NCBI RefSeq assembly: GCF_018350175.1
Contig: NC_058368.1
Coordinates: forward strand, 115,570,001 to 115,634,000
Reading direction: 5' to 3'
DNA length: 64,000 bases
Origin: Felis catus
Taxonomy: Eukaryota
Both the position numbers and the translations under genes were made by a program. Positions 48,235 through 60,919 of this stretch are shown here, piece after piece. Position 1 is the first letter of the stretch; the number at the start of each line of letters is the position of its first letter. The notes beneath the pieces were generated by a model, which made no database searches, was not told where the DNA came from, and saw nothing but the letters and a program-made list of their open reading frames with translations.

Positions 48235-49319
48235 CCACCAAGCTTCTTGGCTCTGGCCACCTCCCATCCCTGGCTGTGTCTGCAGAGCCCCCCGGGGAAG
48301 GCAGGGGAGGAGGCGCAGTGGGCTCAGAACAGCGGGTGCCCGTGCAGCCAAGTATTTGTGCGAGCTGTCAGAGACAGACAGGCATGTGGGGAATTTGGTG
48401 CGTGTGGGGCTGGGGGAAGCAGCCGGGTGGGCAGGCAGGCAGGGAGGGAAGGTGGGGGTGCCTCCCCCGCCTGTTGAACCCTGCAGAGACCACTGTTTTC
48501 CCCAGCCCCAAACCAGAAGGTATATCAGGCACTGTCTTCCTGCCTGTACCAGTGCAGTGAGACTGACCCTTGCTAGGGTCTGATTATGGTGCTGACACTG
48601 GGGAAGGGGGTGCCATGTTGAGTGTTGGAGCCTGGGAGAAGCTGTCTGGTGAAGTGTGGAGCCAGGCAGGAATCCGGGTTGTGCCCAACTCTGGCCTCCA
48701 GGAAATAGCAGCTGTTATGCTCCCATGTACCCCCGCCACCAACCCCCCTGCCCCCAAGCCTGGCACAACTTGTTTCCTGGCCAGGGTCCGGCTGGGGCAG
48801 ATTGGAGGAGCCTGGTATTGCCCAGTCTGGGCAAGGAACAGGCTGGGTGGAAGGGGCCATGTTTATAAGCCTACAGGTACTTGGGATGCTGGGGAGGGGC
48901 TTCCCCCAGACATTCTTTTGCGAAAGCAAGTTGGAGTCACTTGGATGAGGGGAACTTGGCCCTTCTTTCCCTGGACAGAGACCCCAATTTAGTCCCCTTT
49001 GGGGTCTGCTCTCCAGTAGTGCCTATTAGGCATGTTAGGGCCTAGAGTTGAGTAGTACTTGATGTTTCATATCTGAGAACTCAGAGAGGGGGCTACACTG
49101 GCCCAAGATCACACGGTGGGCTCCCCAGCCTTCTCTCTACCCTCATGTGGGTGGGGCCAATGGGGAAGAGGTGAACATTGGGGGTTTGCTGGGGTGGGGG
49201 GACTATATTTAGTCCTGCAGAGCCAGGGGGCCCCTGGGAGCAGCTGTCAGTGGGGGGACAGACAGAGGCCTGGAGCTGCATTTAGTCTGGACAGAAATAT
49301 CCTCCCCCCACCCACCCAC

Positions 49320-49760
49320 CCACTGGCTGGGCGGCCAGGCTGCGGGCTTGTCCCCTGAGGGGCAGCTTGCCTGGGCCTGGCGGCCGGCGGGACAGGCAAG
49401 ATGACCCGATAGGCTTTTCCCAGCTCAGGTTTCGATGAAACAGGAACCGGAGCCGCAGCCTGGGCTGTGGGGGCCAGGGCAGCCGGAGCCTAGGGGGCCA
49501 GGGCGGCCTCCCCCTACTCCCCCCTTCTCCCTGTGGTGCAGCCTCCCATTCTCTGAGGCCTGGGGAAGAGGCAGGTTATTTATCAAGCCAGCCTCCCTGC
49601 CGTGTCTGCCTGCGCCTCCCCCTACCTTGCCTCCCCCCATCTTGCCTCCCACCCCCCCCCCCCACTCTTGTGCTGGCGGCCATGAGCCTAGCAGAGCAGG
49701 GTGAGCTGGGCGGGCGGGCAGGCGGCAGGATGAGCTCAGGAGACGTGAGTCACCCCATCC
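49320..49760 (+). promoter_or_regulatory. Intronic GC/CpG-rich patch (candidate alternative promoter or enhancer of CXXC5)
   Basis: Local CpG enrichment, C-tracts and donor-like GTGAGC (49701) and GTGAGT (49745). Confidence 0.4.
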
Positions 49761-52700
49761 CTAGCAGCCCCACGAGGCCCTGCGGCCTTGCAGGCAGAGC
49801 GCACTCACGCACTCCTCACACGGCACACCCAGGGGCACACGCTTGGGACAGACACATTCACTCAGCGCACGTAGTTCCACAGGACCCAGCACATACAACC
49901 AATGCACACAGTGCGGTCCTGGTCACCTAATCTGTGGACGCTTAACAGTCACAGCCCTGGCTTCTGGCATGTACACATGCTGGCACATACGTAGTCACAC
50001 GTGGGCGTGCTGTACCCCTGGGAGGACCCCAGACACCACTGCAGTGAAGTTGTATATCTGCTCCATCTTCAGGACACAGCCCACAACCACATGGTCCCAT
50101 AGAATCGGGCCAGGAGCACTGACACAACAGAACCTGGCATGTGTGCCCACACATGTGTACACACACACATGCAAACACACATGATACAGTTGGGGCACCA
50201 CTTACCCAAATGACCATTGGCCAATGTAGAGTCACCTGAGTTCCGTAAGGTAGGTGTGAGAAGGGAGGTGTTTTCTGCCATCCCCCAGGCTGGCTTGGCT
50301 TTCTCTAGGGGAAGAGGCCCAAGTGTCAGGCTTGGAAATGTTAAACCCACCCTGACCTCCAGGATGAAGTCTGACCCCGGTAGAGCAGGTTGGGTACAAA
50401 CGGGGGAGAGATACAGAGGTAGCCAGGAAGAGGAAAGACCTGGAAAAGAAAAGCTGTGGAAGATATGTTTTCCTGGGAGTGCCGAGTGGCCAGCTGCTGC
50501 CCCACTCAGGGGGCGGGTCCTTGGGAGTTTGGGGGTACCAGAAATTGGGGGAAGAGACCCCCTTGTTCTAGTGAGCTGTGCCCCAGGAGCCTGCCTGCTC
50601 ACTCTGGCACCCGCTTTCCTCAGTTCTTTTGGCTCCCAAATCTCATCATCTCCCCCACCTTGCAACTGGTACCCTGAGATTTAGAATTCAGACAAATTTC
50701 CTGGTTCTTAGTCTACTGGCCTACAAAATGGGTACAGAGTTGACCTGAATACCAGAAGCGGCTGGGCTGCTGGATTGGAGGGATGCCCTCAAGGAGCCTG
50801 TAAGTTTTTGCTGTGCATTGGGTCTAGGGCTTGCCTTCCCTGGACTGGGCAGAACTGGGGGCATGTCTGCTTTTCATATACTGAAAAACACCAGTTTTCA
50901 GATTAGAGAATTGAGTCTGATGGGTCTGACTTCATGGTCATGAAGGGCTTTAGAACAATCACCCAGCACCCAGACTACAGATCATTCTGGCTCTACAAGG
51001 TTGAGAGAGCCCAGAAGGGGTCAAGAGGAAGGTGGCTGTAAGGTCTTGGGCCCAGGCTAGCTCCCATCTCCTGACCACACAGATCTCCCTCATAAAGGCC
51101 TAGACAGTGGTCAGGGAGGGAAGGAGGGGCCCAGGCATTCTGAAGTAAACAAACATCAATGGTCAGTCAGGAGGATTGGATGTCCCCTGAGCCATGGACT
51201 CGAGTGGGACAGGCCTGGGCTCCAAACTTGGCTTGGTCACTGCCTGCTTTGCAATCATGGGCCACTCTGACCTCACTTTTGCCACCTATAAAATGAGTAT
51301 GAACCTTATCTCTGTGTCTCAAAGCTATGAGACCTGAAATAGATAGTGGGGTGTGGTTCTCACTATGTCTCACCTGGATCTCCAGGTGAATCCAGACCTC
51401 CTCCCGAGCTGAGTGCTCCACCAAAGCTGGCATTTTCCTGGGAGTGGTACCCCACCACAAGGACTCCTTAATTAGACTATCTTGGGTTCAGCCTTCTTTA
51501 GGGCTGTTCTCAGGGAACGCTAAGGTGTGGGAGTGTAGAGGCTGACCTTGGGGCCACAGGGAGGGGGAGGCATGGGAATGGGTTGGACCCAGGGAGAGGA
51601 ATGTGGGGTCCTTGGGTGTCTGGACATCCCTGGGGGCTTTACAACATGGGAGGAAGCAGAGTCAACCATAGATCGACTTCTATGGATTGAATAGATAGGA
51701 GTCTATGCATTCTCAGTTCCCCAACCCACCAGTACACAACAAGGCCACAAGTTAGACTCACCAGGGACTTACAGGTGGCAAATAGGTTCTTTGCAGGGTG
51801 GTGAGGGGCTTGGCAGACACCTATGTGAATGCACTGTTGGGACCACTGGAGACAGAAGTGCTGACATAGAGCAGGCCGGGCTGGGGGCCCAGGGAGGGAG
51901 GAGGAAAGGTTGGCAGGAAGTATAGATGCGTTCTTCCTGTGGCCAGAAAAGGCAATGCAGGCCTGGACAGCTGAGTGCTGCCCTCCCTATAGACTTCAGA
52001 CCTCTACCAATGTTCATCTCTCTTTGTTCCTTCAGGTAAGAGGGCAGGGGAGAAATGATCTCCATGGGGCTGGAGAACTGAAGCACAAGGGATTGGCTCA
52101 GATTCAAAGGCAAACAGTGACAGAACTGGGGCCACAACCTAGGTTACCCAGCCCTCCTGGCTTGAGCTGTTCTTGACACTCTTGTACTGGCTGATGATGG
52201 CAGTAAAAATAATACAGCTGTCATTTGTTGAGCACCTTCTGTATGCTGGCCCTGCACTGAGAACTTCTGTCCTCTCTAGGACCCTGACGAGGGTGGGGCT
52301 GTCATCCTGTGCGCTTTACAGACCGTGGAATGGGCTGAGCAAGGTCAAGCAACTTCTCTGAGGCCACCTGGAATGTGAGCTGTAGATTGGGAGAAGAAGC
52401 CCGATCCCAAAGCCCACTTGGACACTTTCATGGTCTGAAACTGTGCTTTAGGGCAGGGGGGGTCCTACCCATCCCCATAATCACATGACGAGTAATGTTT
52501 CTGGTTGGGCCATCCTCTTCCCCACCTATGCCCAGCTCCATGACTGTCCTAGGGCCCTCTGCTATCTCAGGGCACTCCCCAGGTTTGGACACAAGGGCCT
52601 TGGGACTGCTGATTCCTTAGGCCTGGGAAGGGTGAGCCCTGTTGACTCTGGCTTCTGCAAGGGTTGTGATTCACTGGGACTGGGGTAGAAGACCAGGGCA

Positions 52701-53344
52701 TGCACCGGGGAGCAGATTGGTGCCCCTTACGGTTTCGGGGATATCCTTGCACACAAGTTCTGGGAAACTCAATTGCTGTGCTTGTGGGAGCCGCCTGGAG
52801 TCCTGGTCAGGGTCACATACTTCCTGCATCCCCCAACCTCCCACCTTCCTGGGGGCTCCTTTCCCTTCTAGGGAGCCCTGAATGGAGTAGTCGAGAAAGT
52901 GCCCTTGAGTTAGAGATATCTAATTCTGTACACAGGGGCAGCCAGAGCAGTGACCCCCCCCACCCCCCAGTCATTGTGCCAGTTAGCCAGCGAGAGCACC
53001 AGGCACAGTGTGGCCCTAGGTCAGGACTCAGTAGAGGTCACTGAGTCAGGTTTTTGTTCTGGAAGTTGGTATTGGCTTCAGATGGAGGAGCGGATTCTCT
53101 GGGTTTAGGGTCCTGGGCTATGTGGCAAGTCACTTCCCCTTTCTAGTCTCAGTTTCTACATCTGTGAAATGACAGACAGTCTGCTGAACACGTTCTCTGG
53201 GGGAGGGGTAAGTCAGTCAGACACACACCCACATGCCTTCAGCTGGTGTTCCCAGGTCCCCCAGGTCCAGTGTTCCTGTAGCCCTCACACTGGCCACCGG
53301 ATCCAGGAGGAACAGGGCAGGCTCTAGAATTGGGCAAGCCTGGA

Positions 53345-53585
53345 TTTTATTTTTTTTATTTTTTATTAAAAAAAAATTTTTTTTAATGTTTATTTATTTT
53401 TGAGACAGAGAGAGATAGAGCCTGAACAGGGGAGGGTCAGAGAGAGGGGGAGACACAGAATCTGAAGCAGGCTCCAGGCTCTGAGCTGTCAGCACAGAGC
53501 CCGACGCGGGGCTTGAACTCACGGACCGTGAGATCATGACCTGAGCCAAAGTCAGGCACTTAACCGACTGAGCCACCCAGGCGCC
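53345..53585 (-). mobile_element. Can-SINE inserted into a MIR relic
   Basis: Full minus-strand SINE followed by the MIR core CCTCAGTGTCTTCATCTGTGAAATGGG. Confidence 0.9.
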
Positions 53586-54486
53586 TCAAGTCTGAGCCTC
53601 AGTGTCTTCATCTGTGAAATGGGTGAACCTTGGTGCTTACTTCTGGGTTACTACTTTGAGGATAAAACAAAGTGTAGACAGAGCACCTGGCACAGGCTCT
53701 GTCGACGGTAGTGACAGTGGAACCCTGACGAATACCCCGAGCTGTCCTCCTGGTTGCTGTCCCCCGCCCAACCTTGGTCTCAGGGATTCTGGGAAGGAGA
53801 CAGTGCCAGTCTGCTGGCTCAGCCGGCTTGGCCACTGACCTTCAGAGCACCCAGGCTGTCAAGGCCGCCCGCCTGCCCGCCCGCCCGCCTCCCTGCCTGC
53901 CTGCCTGCCTGCCGGGCGGGCAGGGAGGGGCGCCAGCCAGCTCTTTGCCTGATGCTACCCACCCCTGCTCCCACTCTCCTCTTCCTCTCTGCGCCTGTGT
54001 GTGAGCTAATTAATCTCAGCCCCTTTGGGAAATTAGAACGCTGCAGCCGCGGCCTCCTCAACCTCGCAGTGCCTGTGCTGCTACTGGGCCCTGCCAAGAC
54101 CCACTGTGGTTTGGGGGCATGGGGTGGGGGATGGGGGAGCAGGATGAGCTGGGCAGGTGTGAGTCTCCCTGAGCGCCCCACCCCCCCCATCCTGACCAGG
54201 GAGCTCTGGCTTTCTAGCTTCCTCCCCTTCCAGACAGCATCCATAAGGACATCAGGCAATTGCTTCGCTGGGTGAAACTCAACCCCCAGCACCTCCCTGC
54301 CCTGGTCCTGGGGCTGGTACGGTCATCCTTCACCCCACGTTCGATCTCGTTGCGGGGTCCTCTTGCCTGCCCAGTTCAGGCTGATGCAGATAGATGTAAT
54401 TATGGAATTTTGCTTGGGAAATTAATTTGAAAAAGTTAATTAATTGGTGGTTCCGGAGGTGGCAGGCTCCACGCCCAGCCAGTCCT

Positions 54487-54498
54487 ACTGACGTCAGT
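54487..54498. promoter_or_regulatory. Full palindromic CRE (TGACGTCA) within ACTGACGTCAGT
   Basis: Perfect CREB/ATF consensus with an intact CpG, next to a TAAT-rich cluster. Confidence 0.55.
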
Positions 54499-57094
54499 GC
54501 TGACCCGCCTGAGACGTGCAGCTTCCTGGGCAGGCTGGGGAGAGGGACCCCAGTGACCTGATTGGGCAGTCCTGGTGCAGGCAGAAGCACAGTGAGGAGG
54601 AAGAGGCAGACTAGTATCCTCACCCAGTGTTGGCACCTGGAAAGTGTGTGTTGACTGGACGTGCTAGATGAACTTGGGCATCCTGAGAACTCCGCCACTT
54701 GTTAGCATGTTCAACAAGCCATTGTCAAGCTTCTGTATACCAATCCCAGTGTCTCAAGTGTCCATAGCCAGCATAGACAGCTGAATGTTTTGTCCACTTC
54801 TTATAAATCTCTTTTCTCAAAACCTCTAAACCTATACCCAAAGGCTTTTCTAAAGGGTTCAAGGGACATTATAGATCCATTGTGCAGATGGAGTAACTGA
54901 GGCCCAGAGAGGATGTGACTTGCCCATCTTTTAAGCTCTGTCCTCCAGCAGGATGGCTTAGGGGGTGTATAAAGCTTAGGCTTCTTCCCAGGGGAGGAAT
55001 ACCTCCACGGGCAGCCCCCTTCCAAGTTCCAAGTGACAGGGGCCTTAAAGTTGGCTCTGTTCCCTAAGGAGAGGGCCAGAGAACGTGGCCAGCCCCCAAC
55101 CCTGGCTCCCCTGGTCCTGTTGTGTCTCCTGCCCCGACCCCACTATCAGACATGTATGTTGCCCTGTGTGTGCATGTAGGGGCTTCCTCCACCACCCTAC
55201 CTAATCCTCAAGATGACCTAGCTGGCTGAGGCAGGAGCCTCATGCCCCAGGGCTCCCTTTGGTACATAGAGACCCCATTTCTAGTACCTCCTGGCAAGGG
55301 CCCCTGACCAAGTTCTAGTGTCTAGAGGAGTGTGGGCTCAGTAAAGTCTTTGTCCAGACTATGGAAGGGTAAGGGCTGGGGCAAGAGGTAGCCATCTATA
55401 AAATAGGAGAATGAGAGCCAAATGGACCATTAGGACAGGTCAGGGATACTGACTTGCAGGAGGTCAGCAAGGTGAGGAACTTGGGCTTTCAAGAGGTTTG
55501 GACCTGCATTCTTCCAAGCTGTGTGGCTTGGGCAGGTTCCTCAGCTTTTCTGAGATACTTTCCTCATCTGTTAAATGGGATGATCACATAGGCCACTCAG
55601 AGTGCTGTGGTGAGGCACAAGGTGGTAGAATCACTTGAGGTGTCTGGCCTTGGCACCAGGCCGGGTGGGAGAACAGGGAGCCAGTGGGACTGTGCTGGTG
55701 CCAGGGCCTGAGAAAGCCCACAGGGTTTTGGAAGGGAATCTGGTGCATGTGGTTGGACACAAGAGGAGGTGATACTTGTGGGGCACCCAGGGGCCAACAG
55801 CTTGCAGCCCAGAGCCCTGGGGCCCTCTAGGGGGAGTCATTCCGTACAGCATCACTCCCAGATTTGTTTAGCACGTTCCCTCAGGACGTTCCCACGACCC
55901 AAATGGGACCTGCAGTTAATTGCGTAGGCCTCACCTGATAGTTGTTCATAATAAAAGTGACCATCATGGACAGGCTGAGCTGGGCACTTTGCATCCCACA
56001 GCACTCTGATGTGGTCTGTACTGAACTTCTTCAAGGTATGACTTGGAGGCTTGGGTTTAAGCAGGCCATACCTATTCCCTGAGCATCCTGTGTAAGGTGA
56101 GTATAGGGTCAGAAGGGAGAAGAAGCTTCTTCAACCCCCCTTCCCTCCACGAAGCTCTATGGTACTGCCTTCCAGCTCGTTAGACCATTGGCTAAGTGTT
56201 CAGGGCTCTCTGCACAGACTGTTAAACACTCCTGTGAGTGTATCTGTCCATAGGTGCCATATATAGCACCCTAGACTGGGAGCTCCTTGAGGGTGGGGTC
56301 CATGGCATCTCTCTGTATCCCATGCCTAGCACAGAGTTAGCTCTAAATAGGATAGGGCTGTTTTCCTATTTTGTAGGCAGACAAGTTAAGGCTCTGTGAA
56401 GACGTTGCTCAGCCAAGGTGAACACAGCCTTTTGAGGGGCAGAGCTAACCTGGCCCAGGTGGGTGTGGGGCTGCTGGTGCCCTCCTGGGGACCTTGTGTG
56501 GGCCTCAGTACCTTCCCTGACTTCCCTGGGGCCTGCAGCTCCTGATCCACTTGGCGGGCAGTGTTCCCAGTATCCAGGCTTAAGCCCTGTGCTCCCGAGA
56601 GTGGGGAGTGAGGAGTACTGGCATCAGAGTGTCAGAGGGCAGATCTTAATCTCTCCAAGCCTCAGTTTCTTCATCTGTGAAATGGGGATCTTGGTACTTC
56701 TGCCTGGTAGAGCTTGGGGATGGGGGAGTGGTTACAAGAAATAATGCATGTGTTCTTAGCTCCATGCCTCCTTAAGTGTTCTGCCATGGTTATTATTATT
56801 GTTGACACTGTTATTGTGTTATCATTACATTATTATTCACGCTCTCGGGGCCCCAGCGGCTGCAGTGGCTTTGGGCCTGGACACAGAGCTCTCGTCTGCA
56901 GAGAAGGAGTTACAGTTTCTAATTAGTGCCCCAAGGAGAGGGCCTAGGTTTTTATTTTTTCTGGAGGATCCCACCTGCCCAAGGCTTCCCCAGCCCCTGT
57001 CATACCCTCCCCAGCCTCAGGTAGGGGGCCTGGCTCCAGGCAAAAGCCTCCCCAAATTTCCCCTGCCACTCCCCCCGCCTTGCAGACCTCTGGG

Positions 57095-57600
57095 GCCATG
57101 AATCATTTATGAGGCAAAAATGAAACCAATTAAGGACAAACTTTGAAAGCCTCTAATTGCTGCGCCTGGTGGCACCGAGGAATGAGGGGAGGCAGGCCTG
57201 CTCGGTGCGGAATCTCCTTGGCCCGGTCCTTCCCAGGCCGCCTGTCCCACAGCGTCTCAGGGCGCCGCGTCCTCCCGGCTCCCCGCCGCCTCCCGGCCGG
57301 CCGCGGACGTGCCTGCGCGGCTCTGGCTGCTGCGTCTGCCGCCCCGGCGCCCGGCCGGGTCCCAGGCCGACTAATTAGGCCCGGCTCCCCTCCCCGCGCC
57401 GCCCGCTCCAGGCCCGAGGTGATGGCGGCTGTTCCTGCCGTTCTGGGGCCTGTGCCCCAGAGCTGGCCGCGTTTCTCGGGGCGGGAGCCAGCTCGGCTCG
57501 CCTGGCTTAACCCAGACGAGCCCAGGACGCCCTGTCCCTGAACTGGGAGGCTGGGGCTCCCCACGCCCCCACAGTGGGGTACAGGCGAGGGTAGGCTTCC
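57095..57600. promoter_or_regulatory. Intragenic CpG island with flanking AT-rich transcription-factor motif cluster
   Basis: Dense CpG from ~57160-57530. TAATTG, CAATTA, CTAATTAG, TTTATGA and CTTTGAA motifs. Confidence 0.7.
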
Positions 57601-60600
57601 GTCGGTGCTGGGGCACATGGTTGGACAGTGCCATTCAGTTTCAGGCAGAGCCGCTCTGCTCAGCACAGCAAGAGTGGAAGGAGCCGGAGCTGGAGGGGGG
57701 GGGGGGTGTGGAGGGGGGTGTGTGTGGGGGGGTGGCTGATGAGAGGGAAGCTGGGAGATGCAGGGCAAGGGGTAGGGCGGGGTATTGAGCTCCTGAAGTG
57801 TTGCATCCGAACCCACCTCTTACCCTCAGCTTTGTCAGGAACACAGTGACCTAATGCAGATTCCTTAGCCTTAGTTTCCCTGTTTGTAAATTATCAGGAC
57901 TGACCAATCTTCTCCTGATTCGAGATTTGAGGAACTGGGCTTTATATCCCCTACTTCCCTCTCTTGTGAGCTCTGGGAGGGTGGAGGTCAGGGTCTGGAG
58001 TATGGACCCAGCAGGGCCTGCCTCACTGCCATGAGCTCTGGGCACGGGTGACCAGCCTGCTCGCTGTGCTGAGGGCCAGGCAGGCCCTGGGCACTCAGGC
58101 ACGTTGTTTGCTGAAACCAAATTTCTGTGCTTGTGTTTTTCCATAATTATATTAGCAGGTGGGATTTTTCCTCGGGGAGGCAGTGGGAGGGGGAGCGCCA
58201 TGGCAGTGTCCCCGCCTGCTCTGAGCGTGAGCTCACACTCAGCTCTGCCCGCCCGCCTGTAATGATTTTTTAATTATGCAGCCAGTGCTCGGAATTGTTA
58301 ATCCGCCTCCAGCCCAGCATCCCCTCTTGCAGCTCACACCCCAGCCCCTCACTGGTGTCCCCAGAGTGGTGGTGCCCAGCCGGGTGTCCATCACCGATGC
58401 TTAAAGTCCCCACCACAGTGAGAAAGAGGTTAGGCAGAGAGGGCCGCAGGGGTAACTCTGCTCCATGTGCATGTGACAGAACTTGGTGGTGGTGGGGCCT
58501 GTGGCTCTCTTTGTCCTCCTTCCCTCCTTTAGCCCCAGCATGGCTTGTACCATGGCTCCAGGATAGCTGTGGCTCTGGACAGGGACAGAGGAGGGATCAG
58601 TGCTCACCCCTGAGTGATTTGGCCACACCCATTTCAGAGACATTAGCCCCACTCTCCAGCCTTGTGTGACCCCAAGGACACACACAAGTATGATCTTTGT
58701 CTCTGTCACACACACAGTCACACTCTGCTTCCCTTCCACTCAGACTCACAGCTACACAAGCACAATAGCATGCTCTGTGTTTCTCACACACATAGCCACA
58801 CCTGAGGGCCAGGGTGCCCTCAGGAGACCACATAGCTGCCTCCCGTGGCCTACGGTGCCCTGCCCCCACTCCCTTGCCTTCATACCTTCCACCCCCACCC
58901 CCTAACTGGGATGCACTCTGAGGCCTTCCTTCTCCCACCGGGTGCAGTGGCTGCCTGTTGTGGCTGGGCCTGCCTGGACATCCATCGACCTGGCCTGGGG
59001 GAGGTGGCGGGGGTGGGGGCTGTTCTGCAGCACCGTGGCGGCGGCTCCTCTCCAGGCGCCCAGCTGTGGCATCTGTCAAGGTCAGATAGCGACTCCGGAA
59101 CCAGCCGGCTCGGCCCCATGGCCCCTCTCGCCTCATTATTTTTGTGTTCCGGGGCTGCGGCGACACCTCCCTCCTTCCTCCTCAGCCTCCTGCCTCATGC
59201 CTGCCTCCCCCACGCCTCTGCAGGGAGGGCCTGCGGTCTGGGGGCTTTTGTTTTCCAGTTTTTTCCACGCTCAGGCCAGGCAGGCTGGGTAAGACGCTGG
59301 TCAGAGCTGTTAAGTCTTGAACAACAGGCAAGGAAGGTGCCTCCCTCGTGACTGGGACAGGCTTTCGGCTAGTGGAACCCTGGGTTGGTTTCTCAGGGGG
59401 ACAAACTGAACGTGGGTGGAACCCAACCCCCACCAAAGCTCAAGCACACCTGTGCGTAGCTTCCTGTTTCCATAGGGGCCCCAGCACCTGGCACCAGTTC
59501 CTGTCTGCACCATCCCCATTCCAGTCAGGCCCCACATTCACATCTCAGAACCCCTAGAGGCCCTGATACAACTCCGTGTGTGCACATGCACACAAACACA
59601 CTGGTATACACACGGCGGCAGTGTGTTGACACTCATGGGCCAGAAGAACCCACAAACATCTACCCGCCACGTAAACCACTATACTGTACACACATGCACA
59701 CTGAGGCGTATGCTCACATCCACCGATGTAGATAACACACACTCTACTTGTACACACAAGGAGGTAACACGGTCACAGACATTCACCTGCTCTGGTTTAT
59801 AAGCCTCATGTATACATCAGTGTTCACACCCACAGAGTGACATCTTGAGTCTGTGCACTCACACCTGGGCACACCCGGAGTTCCTAGACACACACACTCA
59901 TGCACACAGCACGCGCAGTATCTGACACACCTCCCAGGTGGATACATGCAGATATCCTGGTCCATAGTGCTGCTCTTCACGATACGCACTCCAGCCAGAG
60001 CTCACTCCCTGGGGCCCAGTGTTCCTTGAGCACATTTATACCACCCAGGAGGCATTTGTCCCTGAAATGCTGGAGTGAGCTTGAGGCCTCCCCCTTGATG
60101 TGCTCTGTGTCCAGGGAGCCCCTGGAGAGTGGGAAATGGTGGTTGACAGATGGACTGTCCTACGAGCCTGGTCAGCCTCTTTATGTAGACCAACCTGGGC
60201 CCAAGAACACCAAGATGGAGTGTGACGGGGGCGGGTCCCGGGTTCACATGGTGAACTTGGTGGCTTCTGGCAGAGAGGGCGGCCTCGGGTGGGATGGCCT
60301 CTCAGGTGCTGTCTCTGGGTCCCTGGCCACCACCAGCCCCCAGTTAGGGTGTGTAAGTGTTGGGGGAATGAGATGTGGGCAGACTCCAGGCCCCCCAGAG
60401 TCTCTGGGGTAGTCCTGGCCATCCACTCACTTCCTCCGCCAGCTGTGGACTGCTGTGACCACCCTTGAGAGGGGGAGGTAGCTGGAGGTTTAGCAGTGAC
60501 AGGGCCCCCACCCCCCAGGAAACTCAAAACCCTGGGCCAGCCGCGGGTGGCGGGTTGGGGCAGGCACAAAGAGGGCCTCTGTGCGGCCCGGCTGGGCTGC

Positions 60601-60919
60601 CCACAGGATTCTGGGGGAGGAGGCAGGAGCCGGTTTCCGTCCCATTCTGCTTCCTGCGGAGGCCGCCGGAATGCCCGGAGCTCTGGCCTAGCCTGGCCCG
60701 TCCGGCCCACCCGCAGCCCCTTCCCCTGTCTTTTCCTGGGCCTTAGGGTACAGCTGCAGAGTTCTCTGCAACAGTGCCTTCACATGTTTGCCCAGAGCCT
60801 GAGAGCCATCCCCCAGAACCCATGGGAAACCTTAGGGGGTTCCCCTAGGCTGGGCTGAACTGGACCTCATCCTCCAGCCATAATCCCTCCTTCCATGTCC
60901 CTCAGAGCCCTTGGCCAGT

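Noticed and set aside
57130..60858. ORFs of 170-228 aa in the distal intron
   Set aside because: GC-driven open frames with no domain motifs or consistent exon structure.
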